Source: Elusimicrobiota bacterium
GTDB taxonomy: Bacteria > Elusimicrobiota > Elusimicrobia > F11
DNA length: 64,000 nucleotides
NCBI GenBank assembly: GCA_044221725.1
Contig: JBGAON010000002.1
Location: forward strand, 352,001 to 416,000
Reading direction: 5' to 3'
Below the pieces are notes generated by a model that worked only from the letters and a program-made list of their open reading frames with translations, made no database searches and was not told the origin of the DNA. This document shows positions 1 to 10,600 of the stretch, one piece after another. The position numbers were made by a program, and so were the translations under genes. The stretch's first letter is position 1. Every line of letters starts with the position of its first letter.

Positions 1-835
1 TCACTCCGAAGAGGAATCGAACAATGCGGTTTTCGCGAAAGAGCTTGCGAGCTTGTCGGATGTGTTTGTGCAGGATGCGTTTGGTGCCGTTCATCGCGCT
101 CACGCATCGACCGCGCAATTGCCGCTCCTGCGACCTTCCGGTGCTGGTTTCCTCCTTGAAAAGGAGCTTTCGTTCCTCGGTGGCCTGAAAGCCAATCCGG
201 CGCGTCCCTACATGGCGATTCTTGGCGGAGCGAAAGTCTCCGACAAAATTGGCGTGGTGGAAGCATTCGTGAATCAGGTGAACATGCTTTTTATTGGCGG
301 TGCGATGGCCTACACGTTCCTTAAAGCGCAGGGCGTCGAAGTGGGGGATTCTCGTATTGAGCCCGATTTCGTTAATTTTTGTAGCGAGGTGTTGCTCAAG
401 GCGCGCGACAAAGGTGTGAAGGTGCTTTTGCCTAAGGATCATTTGATTGTAAAAGATATTGAAAATCCGTCCGAAGCGAAAACGACCGACATCCCGGCGA
501 TTTCGTCCGGTTGGAAAGGCGTCGACATTGGCCCGAAGACGCTCGCCGAGATCGAACCGCTCATCAAAGGTTCAAAGACGATTTTCTGGAACGGCCCTGC
601 CGGAATTTTTGAGGTAGATACCTACGCCAAAGGCACGATGCAGATCGCGCATTTGGTTGCGGCGGCTGCCAAATCGGGATCGACTGTTGTGGTTGGTGGT
701 GGTGATTCGGTGGCGGCGGTTAACAAAGCGGGCGTGGCGGAACAGATTACTTACATTTCGACCGGTGGCGGTGCTTCCATGGAATTCTTGGAAGGACAAG
801 AACTCCCCGGCGTCAAGGCATTGCCAGAGGCATAA
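1..835 (+). CDS. pgk: Phosphoglycerate kinase (5' truncated by window edge)
   Basis: Frame open from nt 2 (HSEEESN...DVFVQDAFGAVHRAHAS); motifs GGAKVSDKI, DIGPKT, WNGPAG, GGGDS, STGGGASMEFLEG. Confidence 0.97.
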   Translation, partial: HSEEESNNAVFAKELASLSDVFVQDAFGAVHRAHASTAQLPLLRPSGAGFLLEKELSFLGGLKANPARPYMAILGGAKVSDKIGVVEAFVNQVNMLFIGGAMAYTFLKAQGVEVGDSRIEPDFVNFCSEVLLKARDKGVKVLLPKDHLIVKDIENPSEAKTTDIPAISSGWKGVDIGPKTLAEIEPLIKGSKTIFWNGPAGIFEVDTYAKGTMQIAHLVAAAAKSGSTVVVGGGDSVAAVNKAGVAEQITYISTGGGASMEFLEGQELPGVKALPEA

Positions 836-838
836 AAC

Positions 839-1207
839 ATGTATCCGATTATTCTTACAATTCACATTATTGTTTGCGTTCTTGTTGTTCTCATCGTTCT
901 CATTCAAGCGGGACGTAGCGGTGGTTTCTCCGGGCTTATGGGCGGTGGCGGGGGGGACGCGATTTTCTCCACGTCAAGTCAGCAGTCGGGTCTCCGGAAA
1001 GCAACGGTTATTCTTGCCGCGGTGTTCATGGCGACGTCGCTTTTCTTGACGATTCTTTCGAGTCGCCAGACGGGCCAATCGGTTTTCCAACGCCAATTCC
1101 CAGCATTGCCGCAACCGGCGGCACCGTCGCAGTCGCAAACTGGGTTCAATCAGACGGCGCCAATGGCGCCGGCACAGCCAGCCGCGCCAGAAGCTGGTAA
1201 AAAATAA
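839..1207 (+). CDS. secG: Preprotein translocase subunit SecG
   Basis: Two TM segments, LIQ..G..G motif, Pro/Ala/Gln-rich tail; followed by tRNA-Leu(GAG) as is typical. Confidence 0.93.
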   Translation: MYPIILTIHIIVCVLVVLIVLIQAGRSGGFSGLMGGGGGDAIFSTSSQQSGLRKATVILAAVFMATSLFLTILSSRQTGQSVFQRQFPALPQPAAPSQSQTGFNQTAPMAPAQPAAPEAGKK

Positions 1208-1251
1208 TTTTTTAATTTTGTAGTTTTGTCGCCGATGTTTTAGGCGAATTC

Positions 1252-1335
1252 GCGCGGGTGGTGGAACTGGCAGACACGCCATCTTGAGGTGGTGGTGCCC
1301 TTACGGGTTTGCAGGTTCAAGTCCTGTCCCGCGCA
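1252..1335 (+). tRNA. tRNA-Leu(GAG)
   Basis: Acceptor GCGCGGG/CCCGCGC, anticodon loop TTGAGGT, long variable arm, GGTTCAAGTCC T-arm; CCA not encoded. Confidence 0.96.
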
Positions 1336-1353
1336 GATTTTTAAGCCGCTCAT

Positions 1354-1424
1354 GCGGGTGTGGTACAATGGTAGAACACGACCTTGCCAAGGTTGAGACG
1401 AGGGTTCGATTCCCTTCACCCGCT
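1354..1424 (+). tRNA. tRNA-Gly(GCC)
   Basis: Acceptor GCGGGTG/CACCCGC, anticodon loop TTGCCAA, GGTTCGATTCC T-arm; one A-A mismatch in D-stem. Confidence 0.95.
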
Positions 1425-1454
1425 AATTTTCCTAACCGATAAAGAGCCCCATTT

Positions 1455-1910
1455 ATGATCCGACGTATGCGCTGGTTCTCACTTCTCTTGATTTTTATCC
1501 TGCCTTGTTTCGCCGGTGACGAACCGTTGCAGAAAGCCATAAGTGCTGCCAATGAAGGACGTACCGCCGAGGCGATATCCCAGTTGGAGTCGTTGCGTAG
1601 CGCCAACCCGAACGATGTGCGTGTGTTGCAAAGTTTGGGGCTGCTTTACAAATCCGCGGGGCGCTACCAGGACGCATTGGAAACTTTGGAAGCCGCGAGC
1701 CGGTTGAATGGATCAGCAGAGGCGACCTACGCACTGAGTCTGTTGTACGAATACCGGTTCGTTCATGCGCCGTCGGCGGCTTCGAAAGAAGAATACCGGC
1801 AAAAGGCCCTGAATTCCTGGAACCGGTTTCTGGCTCAAGGATCCGCCAACGCGGAACAAATGGCAACCGCGCAGCGTCACGTAAAGACGCTTTCGGAAAC
1901 GAAACAGTGA
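1455..1910 (+). CDS. Exported tetratricopeptide repeat protein
   Basis: Signal peptide ending CFA; TPR-like helices (LGLLYKSAGRYQDALETLE). Confidence 0.8.
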   Translation: MIRRMRWFSLLLIFILPCFAGDEPLQKAISAANEGRTAEAISQLESLRSANPNDVRVLQSLGLLYKSAGRYQDALETLEAASRLNGSAEATYALSLLYEYRFVHAPSAASKEEYRQKALNSWNRFLAQGSANAEQMATAQRHVKTLSETKQ

Positions 1911-2614
1911 AATCGATTTCATTCGTTGTGGCCGGATTTCTGATCGCGCTTACTGGTTGTGCCGCGTCGAGCGTATCGATCAATCAGAATTATGATATGG
2001 CGCGGATCAAGCGGATCGCGGTGCTGAAATTTGAACCGTTGGCGGAAAGTCCCGAATCGAGTGCAGCGTTGTCCGTGGTTTTTGAGAAAGCGCTTCTCGA
2101 GCAGGGCTATCAGATCGTGGAGCGCTCGGAAGTTGAGAAAATTTTGAAGGAACAACATTTTGAGTTAACAGGAGCCGTGGATCCGGCTCAAGCGATGCGG
2201 CTTGGAAAAATGTTGGGTGTGGATGCGCTATTGTTTGGAAACGTCACAACGTTTCGACCCAGCCACAAGAGTGTGTATTTGATTGATACGGTTTCAACGC
2301 GTCAGGAGCCGGTCATTGCAAGAAAAACTCGAACCGTTGTTCAGGATGGGAAGCCGGTCACACAAGAGTATGAAGAGATCCGTGGTTACAAAACCATTCG
2401 AGATAAATCTCAGACGCCGCAAGTGTACACGCTGCAAGCGGAAGTGGCCGCCGTGGTACGAATGATCGATGCGACCAACGGCGAAATTATTTGGGTGGGA
2501 AATGATATGCAAGAGGCGGTGGATACGCAAACGGCCGCCGAGATTATCGCGAACACGATTGTGCACGACTGGAAGAAGGTCGTAAAGCGGGCGACCGCAA
2601 GGAAAAACACATGA
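1907..2614 (+). CDS. CsgG/HfaB (GNA1162-like) family lipoprotein
   Basis: Lipobox LTGC; RIAVLKF, VERSEVEKILKEQ, LGKMLGVDALLFG, VRMIDATNGEIIW. Confidence 0.8.
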   Translation: MKSISFVVAGFLIALTGCAASSVSINQNYDMARIKRIAVLKFEPLAESPESSAALSVVFEKALLEQGYQIVERSEVEKILKEQHFELTGAVDPAQAMRLGKMLGVDALLFGNVTTFRPSHKSVYLIDTVSTRQEPVIARKTRTVVQDGKPVTQEYEEIRGYKTIRDKSQTPQVYTLQAEVAAVVRMIDATNGEIIWVGNDMQEAVDTQTAAEIIANTIVHDWKKVVKRATARKNT

Positions 2615-3534
2615 CAACACCAATGACGGACTTGGCTTCGAAAGTCCAGGATCTTAAAAAGAAACGAAACGCGATTATTCTTGCGCACAACTATCAATTG
2701 CCGGAGGTTCAAGACGTCGCTGATGTCATCGGCGATTCGTTGATGCTTTCCCAGAAAGCGGCGGCGACCGACAAAGACGTGATTGTGTTCTGTGGTGTCC
2801 ATTTTATGGCAGAGACGGCGTCAATTCTCGCGCCGGATAAAAAGGTTTTAATTCCCGACCTCGAGGCCGGATGTTCGCTGGCCGCTACAATCACCGCCGA
2901 TGCGCTGCGGAAATGGAAACAGGAACATCCGGGCGTCGTTGTTGTTACCTACGTTAACTCAAGCGCTGAGGTAAAAGCGGAATCCGACTATTGCTGCACA
3001 TCGTCAAATGCGGTCAGCGTCGTCGAATCGATTCCAAAAAACAAAGAGATTTTGTTTGCGCCCGATATGTACCTGGGCGATTGGGTGCGTCGTCAAACCG
3101 GACGGAAGATCCATTTGTGGCCCGGGTCGTGTCACGTGCATCATTTGATTAAGACCGATGAGATTGAGTCGCTCAAGCACGAGCACCCGCAAGCGAAGAT
3201 TGTTATTCATCCGGAATGCGGATGCACGTCGTCAACGCTGCCGATCGCAGACAAAATTCTTTCGACGGAAGGAATGGTTCGCTACGCTAAAGAAGATGCA
3301 GGAAAAGAGTATATTGTGGGAACCGAAACGGGGATCTTGAGCCGTATGCGAAAAGACAATCCCGAGAAAAGATTTTACCCGGCAAACGCCCGAGCCGTTT
3401 GTGAGTTTATGAAGATGATTACGCTCGAAAAAGTTTTGTGGTCGCTCGAAGATTTGAAATACGAAGTCAAAGTCCCGAAAGCGGTGGCCGACAAGGCGCG
3501 CCTAGCAATCGATCGAATGGTGGCAATAACATAA
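2611..3534 (+). CDS. nadA: Quinolinate synthase A
   Basis: ILAHNYQ, FCGVHFMAE, AGCSLA, YVNSSA, CHVH, HPEC, CEFMK. Confidence 0.97.
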   Translation: MTTPMTDLASKVQDLKKKRNAIILAHNYQLPEVQDVADVIGDSLMLSQKAAATDKDVIVFCGVHFMAETASILAPDKKVLIPDLEAGCSLAATITADALRKWKQEHPGVVVVTYVNSSAEVKAESDYCCTSSNAVSVVESIPKNKEILFAPDMYLGDWVRRQTGRKIHLWPGSCHVHHLIKTDEIESLKHEHPQAKIVIHPECGCTSSTLPIADKILSTEGMVRYAKEDAGKEYIVGTETGILSRMRKDNPEKRFYPANARAVCEFMKMITLEKVLWSLEDLKYEVKVPKAVADKARLAIDRMVAIT

Positions 3535-3929
3535 TGTCCTTAAGATTTAAATATTTTACCCTACAAGAAGCCGAGGCCCTGATTCCGGAAGTAAACGGAA
3601 TCATGTCGCTTGCGTTGCAGACAAAAAACGAGATTGAACGAAAGGTTCAACAGTGGCGCGACAACAAAAAGGGCTTGGGCGAAGTGGAGGAGGCCGTGTT
3701 TCGTGGCCAGGTTGACTTCCTTGCCTCCCAACTGGAAGACCAACTCGCGAGGATCGCGGAATTGGGATGCATACCAAAGAATTTGGATATGGGGCTCGTG
3801 GATTTTCCCGCGCGTGTTGAATCGAAGGAAGGTTTTTTGTGCTGGAAGATAGGCGAAGAGAAAATCACGCATTGGCATGGGCTCACCGAAGGTTTTAAGG
3901 GCCGCAAACCATTAAAGAGAGAGGCGTAG
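3534..3929 (+). CDS. DUF2203 family protein
   Basis: ATG overlapping nadA stop; FTLQEAEALIP, KNLDMGLVDFP, LCWKIGE..I.HWH...GF.GRKP. Confidence 0.88.
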   Translation: MSLRFKYFTLQEAEALIPEVNGIMSLALQTKNEIERKVQQWRDNKKGLGEVEEAVFRGQVDFLASQLEDQLARIAELGCIPKNLDMGLVDFPARVESKEGFLCWKIGEEKITHWHGLTEGFKGRKPLKREA

Positions 3930-3932
3930 ATC

Positions 3933-4538
3933 GTGGCGAATTCGAAGTCGGATATAGACGTGGCGTCGGTGGAAGAGAAATTAACCCAGCTTCCGGTTCT
4001 CGTTGAAAAGATGCTCACGCATTTGGGCGAGGATCCAAAGCGGGAGGGTTTGCTCAAGACGCCGCACCGCGTCGCGAAGTCGTTGTTGGACCTCACGGCC
4101 GGGTACCACGTCGATATTGACGCGCTAATCAATCGAGCGATTTTTCACGAAAATTATAACGAGATGGTCGTTGTGAAAGATATCCGTTTTTATTCTCTGT
4201 GCGAACACCACATGTTGCCCTTTTTTGGTACCGCGAACGTGGCGTACATTCCAAACGGAAAGATTATCGGGTTGTCGAAAATACCGAAGCTCGTGGACGT
4301 GTTCGCGCGGCGTTTGCAGGTGCAAGAGCGTATGACTCAGCAGATCGCGGACACGTTGCAGGAAAAATTGTCGCCGCTCGGTGTCGCGGTCGTGATAGAG
4401 GCCCGCCATCTCTGTATGGAAATGCGCGGCGCGAAGAGCCAAGACTCCCCGACCGTGACAAGCGCAATGCTCGGCGCGTTCCGGGGCAGCGCTCGTACCC
4501 GCGAAGAATTTCTTTCCTTCATTCATCGTCATCGCTGA
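3933..4538 (+). CDS. folE: GTP cyclohydrolase I
   Basis: [44 protein letters not shown]. Confidence 0.97.
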   Translation: MANSKSDIDVASVEEKLTQLPVLVEKMLTHLGEDPKREGLLKTPHRVAKSLLDLTAGYHVDIDALINRAIFHENYNEMVVVKDIRFYSLCEHHMLPFFGTANVAYIPNGKIIGLSKIPKLVDVFARRLQVQERMTQQIADTLQEKLSPLGVAVVIEARHLCMEMRGAKSQDSPTVTSAMLGAFRGSARTREEFLSFIHRHR

Positions 4539-4550
4539 GTTGTTTTTGCA

Positions 4551-5216
4551 ATGCTGCTCATGACGAAGATCGAAACAATTCTTTTTGATTTGGATGGCAC
4601 TCTGATTGATTCGCGCGCGGATCTCACGAACGCGGTAAACCATGCGCTGACGTCGGTGAAGCTGGCGCCGCTGTCGCAAGAAGACGTTTTGCCGCATGTC
4701 GGAAACGGAATGCGGGTTCTCCTAAGCGAGGTGTTGGGCCCGGTTTCCGATGAGCTTCTCGAATCGGCAATTTGTTCGTTTGGGAATTTTTATCGCGAGC
4801 ACTGTGTTGACCACACGGTGCCGTACGACGGTGTGAAAGAGGGGTTGGCCGCTCTCACCGCGCACGGTCGCGTCGGCGTCGTGACAAACAAGCCGGAATA
4901 TTTTTCGCGCAGAATCATAGAGCGGTTGGGACTTTCGAAATTTGTGTCTGTTATCGTTGGTGGCGATTCGTCGCACGAAAAGAAACCGCATCCGGCGCCG
5001 GTGTTAAAGGCGATCCGCGATATGAAAAGCCATACGGAGTCGGCGCTTATGGTGGGCGACGGCATCCAAGACATACAAGCGGGACACGCGGCGGGGCTTC
5101 GCACGTGCGTGGCGCGTTACGGATTCGGATTTCATATTGAATCGCTTGACCTTAAACCGAATTTTCAAATTCGCCGTTTTCTTGAGTTACTTGATTTAAA
5201 GGAGATAGTTTCATGA
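4551..5216 (+). CDS. gph: HAD-IA hydrolase, phosphoglycolate phosphatase-like
   Basis: FDLDGTLIDS, VTNK, KPHP, MVGD...D; start may be ATG 4560. Confidence 0.8.
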   Translation: MLLMTKIETILFDLDGTLIDSRADLTNAVNHALTSVKLAPLSQEDVLPHVGNGMRVLLSEVLGPVSDELLESAICSFGNFYREHCVDHTVPYDGVKEGLAALTAHGRVGVVTNKPEYFSRRIIERLGLSKFVSVIVGGDSSHEKKPHPAPVLKAIRDMKSHTESALMVGDGIQDIQAGHAAGLRTCVARYGFGFHIESLDLKPNFQIRRFLELLDLKEIVS

Positions 5217-6370
5217 CAACCACACTCACAAACGAAGAAATACTTCGTTACTCGCGCCATTTGATTTTGCCCGAAGTGGGCAAAGCGGGCCAAGAGAAGC
5301 TGAAGAATGCCAAGGTCATGCTCATCGGCTCGGGCGGGCTTGGATCTCCGAACGCACTTTATCTCGCGGCCGCCGGCATCGGGACCATCGGAATCATCGA
5401 TTTCGACGTCGTCGACCACACCAATCTGCAACGCCAGTTGTTGTTCGGGTCGGACGCGGTGGGAAAGCCAAAAGTGGACGGCGCAAAGAAACGGATGCAA
5501 GAAGTGAACCCGAATGTGATCGTGAATACGTACAACGAGAAACTCTCAAGTGAAAACGCCATGAGAATTTTTAAAGATTACGATCTTATCATCGATGGAA
5601 CAGACAACTTCCCGACGCGCTACTTGGTAAACGATGCGTGCGTGTTTCTAAACAAAACAAACATTTACGGAAGTATCTTCCGGTTCGAAGGCCAGGCGAC
5701 GGTGTTTAAACCCAAAGACGGTCCGTGCTACCGTTGCTTGTACCCGGAGCCGCCGCCGCCCGGTGAAGTGCCATCGTGCGCCGAAGGAGGCGTTCTCGGA
5801 ATTCTTCCAGGCTTGGTCGGGATGATTCAAGCGTCCGAAGCAGTGAAATATTTCCTGGGCAAAGGGGAATCGCTTGTCGGTCGTTTGTTGCAGATCAGCG
5901 TGCTCGATATGACGTTCCGCGAACTAAAAATTCGTCGGGATCCCGAATGCCCCGTTTGCGGCGACAATCCCACGATCAAAGAACTCATCGATTACGAACA
6001 GTTCTGCGGCATCGGTCTCGGTCTCGAGGCACCGGAGCAGGATACGAAGGGTGTTCCTGAAATTTCGCCCGAAGATCTCAAAGATCTCATCGATACCAAC
6101 GGCAAGAAGCTTAATCTCATCGACGTTCGCGAGCCGTACGAAGCGGATATTTCAACCATTTCTGGCAGCAAGTTGATTCCGCTCGGAACGTTAATGGACC
6201 GCGTGAGCGAACTGGATTCAAGCCAGGAGTACATTATTTATTGCCGCTCCGGCGCTCGCTCGGCAAAAGCCATTCAGCAACTTCAAAAGATGGGGTTCAA
6301 AAAGCTCAAGAATCTCCAAGGCGGCATAAACGCGTTTGCCGATGTTGACGGGAATATAGCGAAGTACTAG
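5213..6370 (+). CDS. moeB: MoeB/ThiF adenylyltransferase fused to rhodanese (MoeZ-type)
   Basis: RYSRHL, GSGGLG, NLQRQ, DGTDNF, PCYRC, CPVC; C-terminal rhodanese CRSGARS. Confidence 0.93.
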   Translation: MTTTLTNEEILRYSRHLILPEVGKAGQEKLKNAKVMLIGSGGLGSPNALYLAAAGIGTIGIIDFDVVDHTNLQRQLLFGSDAVGKPKVDGAKKRMQEVNPNVIVNTYNEKLSSENAMRIFKDYDLIIDGTDNFPTRYLVNDACVFLNKTNIYGSIFRFEGQATVFKPKDGPCYRCLYPEPPPPGEVPSCAEGGVLGILPGLVGMIQASEAVKYFLGKGESLVGRLLQISVLDMTFRELKIRRDPECPVCGDNPTIKELIDYEQFCGIGLGLEAPEQDTKGVPEISPEDLKDLIDTNGKKLNLIDVREPYEADISTISGSKLIPLGTLMDRVSELDSSQEYIIYCRSGARSAKAIQQLQKMGFKKLKNLQGGINAFADVDGNIAKY

Positions 6371-6379
6371 GGTTTCTCA

Positions 6380-7582
6380 ATGAAACGAAGCTGGTTGTTG
6401 GGTAGCAGCCTGCTGCTACTATCCTTTACTCGTGCATTTGGAGCAAACGATATGAGCAACTTTGAGTACTCGGCTTTAAGTTCCCACGAAGGTGTCGTGG
6501 ATGAAGTTCATCAGCGATTGTTTCTCCCCGGATATTCCCGTGTCTGGGTTTTCGACGCGACAAAAATTGCCGATGGGATGAAAGCGATGCACTGGCTTGG
6601 TCACAGCGGTGAGCTCTATGGCGCGCCGGAAAAAACCACAGCTTCGGAAATGGTTCAGGCGGGTTCGGCCGCGTACGACCGCGTTAACAACCGGTTGTTC
6701 GTCATCGACCATGAACGTGTTCTTGTTTTTGATGCGGCCAATATCAAGGACGGAATGCCGGCCTTTGGCGTCATCGGTCAGCCGGATTTCACATCTTCCC
6801 AAGAATACACGCATCTTCAAGACTTTGGATTCCCAAGCGGTTTGGCCTACGATTCCAAGCGGCAGCGTTTGTTTGTTGCCTGTTCCGAGCGCGCGCATGT
6901 TCTCGTGTACGACGTTTCGAACCTAACCTTGGGTCTTGCTCCATCGTTCGTGCTCGGGAAAAAAGAAGCGCCTGGAAAGATGGAGTCGCCGCGCATGATG
7001 ACACCCGAAGAATACAATCCCGGTTTCTGGAGTCGGATAAAGATGTTCGTCGCGTCAGTGGTTTCGTCGATAACGGAAAAATTCGCGCCGAGTGGCCGTT
7101 GGAGAATCTCGTATCCGTACGGTCTTGCGTTTGATGAACAGCACGACCGGTTGTTTGTGACGGATCGGAACGCGCATCGCGTGCTGGTTTTTAATGCAGC
7201 GAAAATCGAGAACGGGATGAACGCGGACGCCGTTCTGGGCCAACCCAACTTTGGCGCGTACGCGGAACCCCGCCGTGTTTCGGATGCCAATTTGCGAATT
7301 CCCGCGAGCGTCGTTTACGATTCGAAACAAGATCGGATTTTTGTGAGCGATGTGGGGCGCAATCGCGTTCTCGTATTCGATACGAAGAAGATCGAAAATG
7401 GTCAGAAAGCAGTGGCTGTGCTCGGCCCCATGGACAACGAATCTTTTGGAAAGCTGACGTTTGATCCCATTGGCAATCGGCTCATTGTGGGCGCCAATGA
7501 AAAATTGTTGATTTATGACGCGACAAATATTTCTGCCGATATGAAACCATCCATTGTTGTTCACGCCAAACATCGGAAATAA
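6380..7582 (+). CDS. Exported NHL-like beta-propeller protein
   Basis: Signal peptide; repeated RLFV.D...RVLVFD and V(I/L)GQP.F blades. Confidence 0.8.
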   Translation: MKRSWLLGSSLLLLSFTRAFGANDMSNFEYSALSSHEGVVDEVHQRLFLPGYSRVWVFDATKIADGMKAMHWLGHSGELYGAPEKTTASEMVQAGSAAYDRVNNRLFVIDHERVLVFDAANIKDGMPAFGVIGQPDFTSSQEYTHLQDFGFPSGLAYDSKRQRLFVACSERAHVLVYDVSNLTLGLAPSFVLGKKEAPGKMESPRMMTPEEYNPGFWSRIKMFVASVVSSITEKFAPSGRWRISYPYGLAFDEQHDRLFVTDRNAHRVLVFNAAKIENGMNADAVLGQPNFGAYAEPRRVSDANLRIPASVVYDSKQDRIFVSDVGRNRVLVFDTKKIENGQKAVAVLGPMDNESFGKLTFDPIGNRLIVGANEKLLIYDATNISADMKPSIVVHAKHRK

Positions 7583-7652
7583 CGCCTCGCTCTTAGTCGG
7601 AATTTAATCCCCCGTTTACAATTCCTTTATAGGACTTTCTTAGTATGCGCAG

Positions 7653-10600
7653 ATGCGTTTTTGCGTCCATCTCCGCCGTCGTTTCCCCGCTGTTGTTGCC
7701 GGCATTTATTTCGCTACAAATTGCGCTTTTGCCCATTCACGCGAAGTAAATCTTTGGGACCAATATTCCGCGCCCACCTCCAAAAGCCCCCAGGTAATTC
7801 TGCTTCAAGACGTGCACATGAACGCCGAAGCGCAGCAAAAAATGTCGGCGTTCATCCAGCAACAGATCAACGAAAAGAAAATCGACTTTATCGGCGTTGA
7901 AGGCGCGTTCGATAAATTTGATTTGTCTCCGTTCCGCACGTTTCCCGATCAACATGTTTTGTTGAGCGTGGCACGGTCGTTTTTGAAGCACGGGCGCTTG
8001 GCCGCCGTTTCCTCAGCCGTATTGGTCTCGTGCGACATGCCAACGATTGTTGTTGGGGTCGATGATCGCCACCATTATGACGCGAACGTGAACGCTTACC
8101 GATCGGCGATAAAAGAAAGAACCTCTGCCGATCAAAGACTTTTGAGACTGGAGCAAAGTCTTGCGCGGCGAAAGACGCGTGTCTTTTCCGCGGAGCTTCG
8201 CCAATTGGACGGATTTCGCGAAGCGTACCGGAGAAAACAAATTGGCGTCGGGCCTTATATCGAAGCGTTGTCTCGTTACGCACCGGTCTCCGGCGATGCT
8301 CGGAAATTTTTGACGGCTTATCGGTTTGAGCGCGTCATTGATTTCACCGCGGGCGAGTTGCCGAAAAACAGGATTGTCGGGGAGCGCTACGTGCGTTTGA
8401 TCGACGGCATTGCGTCCAAACAATTGTTTCAAGGGTTTGATCGGATCGAGAAGCAAGCGTTTGGCGCTGTCGCAACAACAGATGCGGAAAAAAGATTGTT
8501 GCGGCAGTGCGACGTTGTGCAACTTCAGCGAAAGCTCGTGTCTTTTTCATTAACGGCGCATGAGTGGCAGCAGTACCAAGAGTTGCGTTTAACCTCCTCA
8601 AATCAACTCCATCTGGAAGCATTCGAACGGTTTTATAGAGAAGCCGATATCCGCAGCGCAAAAATGGCCGAGAAGTTAATCGTGGATGCCGAAGGCAAAC
8701 ACGCTTTAATCGTCGCCGGCGGTTTTCACACGGAAGCGATTACCGGCATTCTTCGCGACAAAGGAATCTCCTACGCCGTCTACACTCCAAAACTTAAGGA
8801 GCAACACGGTGGCCCCGACCGCACGTATTTGTCGGCTTTTGTGCGAGAGAAAACACCGCTCGATCGATTGTTCGAAGGAGAGAAATTATTTCTTAAGCCA
8901 CAACTCGGCGAAATCAACGGGCCAACGGGCGCCGAGCTTTTGATGAGCGCGCAGGCCCGCGTCGGCGATGCTGCGGGGCGCAATCCCGTTGAGATTAAAG
9001 TTCCTTTAAAAGAAAGCCTTATAGACGTTCGGGTCCATAAAGCGCCGGAGCCGGCCAACGACACGCGTGATATAAAACAAATCGCTCCAGTCGATCCCGT
9101 GGATCCACTCTTGGAAGCCGTCGGTACCGCTCTGAAATTCGATCTGAGTTATCGGGACCGCGTTAATGAAGTTGTTCTGCGACGACTTGCGCTGCGTATG
9201 CTGGAGGCATCCAAGGAAAATAAGCGACTTCATCCCATGCTGAGGGATGCCTTTACAAGAATTGTTGTGATGCCGGGCTCTCCAACGCAACGTCGTGGTT
9301 TCAAAGATCCTCTTACCGTTCAAGACATCTTTATCGGATTGGGATTGCATTTGCTTGATAAAGCGTCCCGTCGATCGGCAAACAAGTTTGGCCCAGCGGA
9401 TCTTCGGTATGTTGCCGATTTGCTGGAGGTTTATAACGAGCGTGCGAAACCGAAGCTAAGAATCGATATTCCGTGGTTTTTTAATTTGGCCTTAGCCCCT
9501 GCTTTCTATGAGAAGGATTCCTCCCGTATTTTTTTCCACTATTCACGGCAGCTGAAATATTTGCCGCGGTCACTAGCGATCGCTGCTGTTGCCACCGACG
9601 CCTTCATGAAGAACATTCATCTCGTGGATGTTTTCTTTGATAAGGCGATTGATGGTCCTTACGATTATCTCATCGGTTTGGATCATGCGCGGTTCTTAAT
9701 GGATCAATCAAAGACGGGACGAAACTCAAAACAGGAACAGATGCAGTTGTCGCTTGGTTTGGGCGCGATGTTTTCGTTGTGGGCCCATTCGTTCCTGTGG
9801 GGAACGTTAATCCATGAACGAATTTTTGGATTCACGGTGACGCACCAAAAAGCGTGGTTTGATTTTGTATCCGAGAATTTTGAGATCTTCGATACGATGC
9901 TCCGCCATTTTTATGGGCCAAAACACCGTTTCTCCGCCCGAAAAATGGTGGCGAACCAAGATCCTCTTCTGTTGGGTTTGAGTTGGTCCTTTTATATGGA
10001 GGCGGAGGAAAAAGTTTTTCCAGCGTCGCACGATCCTTTGACGGTGACCGACGCGTTCGTCACGCGCCTCAACCGGCAAGGTCGCGTGGCGATACGTTGG
10101 ATCGAAGCATTGATTTTCCGCGCGCAGCTTCCGAACGGAACTCGCGTTGCGTATCGCTATGATACCGCTGAACGCCGAAAGAAAAATATTTTTGAGGCGC
10201 TGGAGAAAATAAGCCAAGCGCCCATGTTCGTTCCTCGGCCTATTCCGGATACGCGAGATCCCGCGTACAAAATTGGTCGTTTGGTGTTCTGTATCGCCAC
10301 CATGAGAGACGAGCACGCGGCGCAGATACTGCTTAACACCAATCCGTTCGAGGTTGCTGTTCGAAAAAGCGGAAAAAACAAATGGATTCCGTGGCAGACG
10401 CTTCTTAGCGATGACGCTTTTCAGCGACGTGTGGCTCAACAAATCACAGCGCAATTTAAAAACGCGAATCTGGAATTCGCATGGACGCCCAATATCGACA
10501 ATGCGTTACGCGCGGTTCTGTTTGGTCTCGCGAACGCGTCCGCGGAATCGATTTCTCGTCGGCAATGTTTTGCCTTTTCTGGAACGAAGCCGACCCATAT

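Noticed and set aside
1354..1424. tRNA-Gly as a pseudogene (D-stem A-A mismatch, no CCA)
   Set aside because: All other arms are canonical and none of the four tRNAs encodes CCA
1907..2614. Curli secretion system
   Set aside because: Only a CsgG-fold lipoprotein; no csgA/B/E/F
3438..3533. Upstream extension of DUF2203 ORF
   Set aside because: Overlaps nadA; the family motif begins right after ATG 3534
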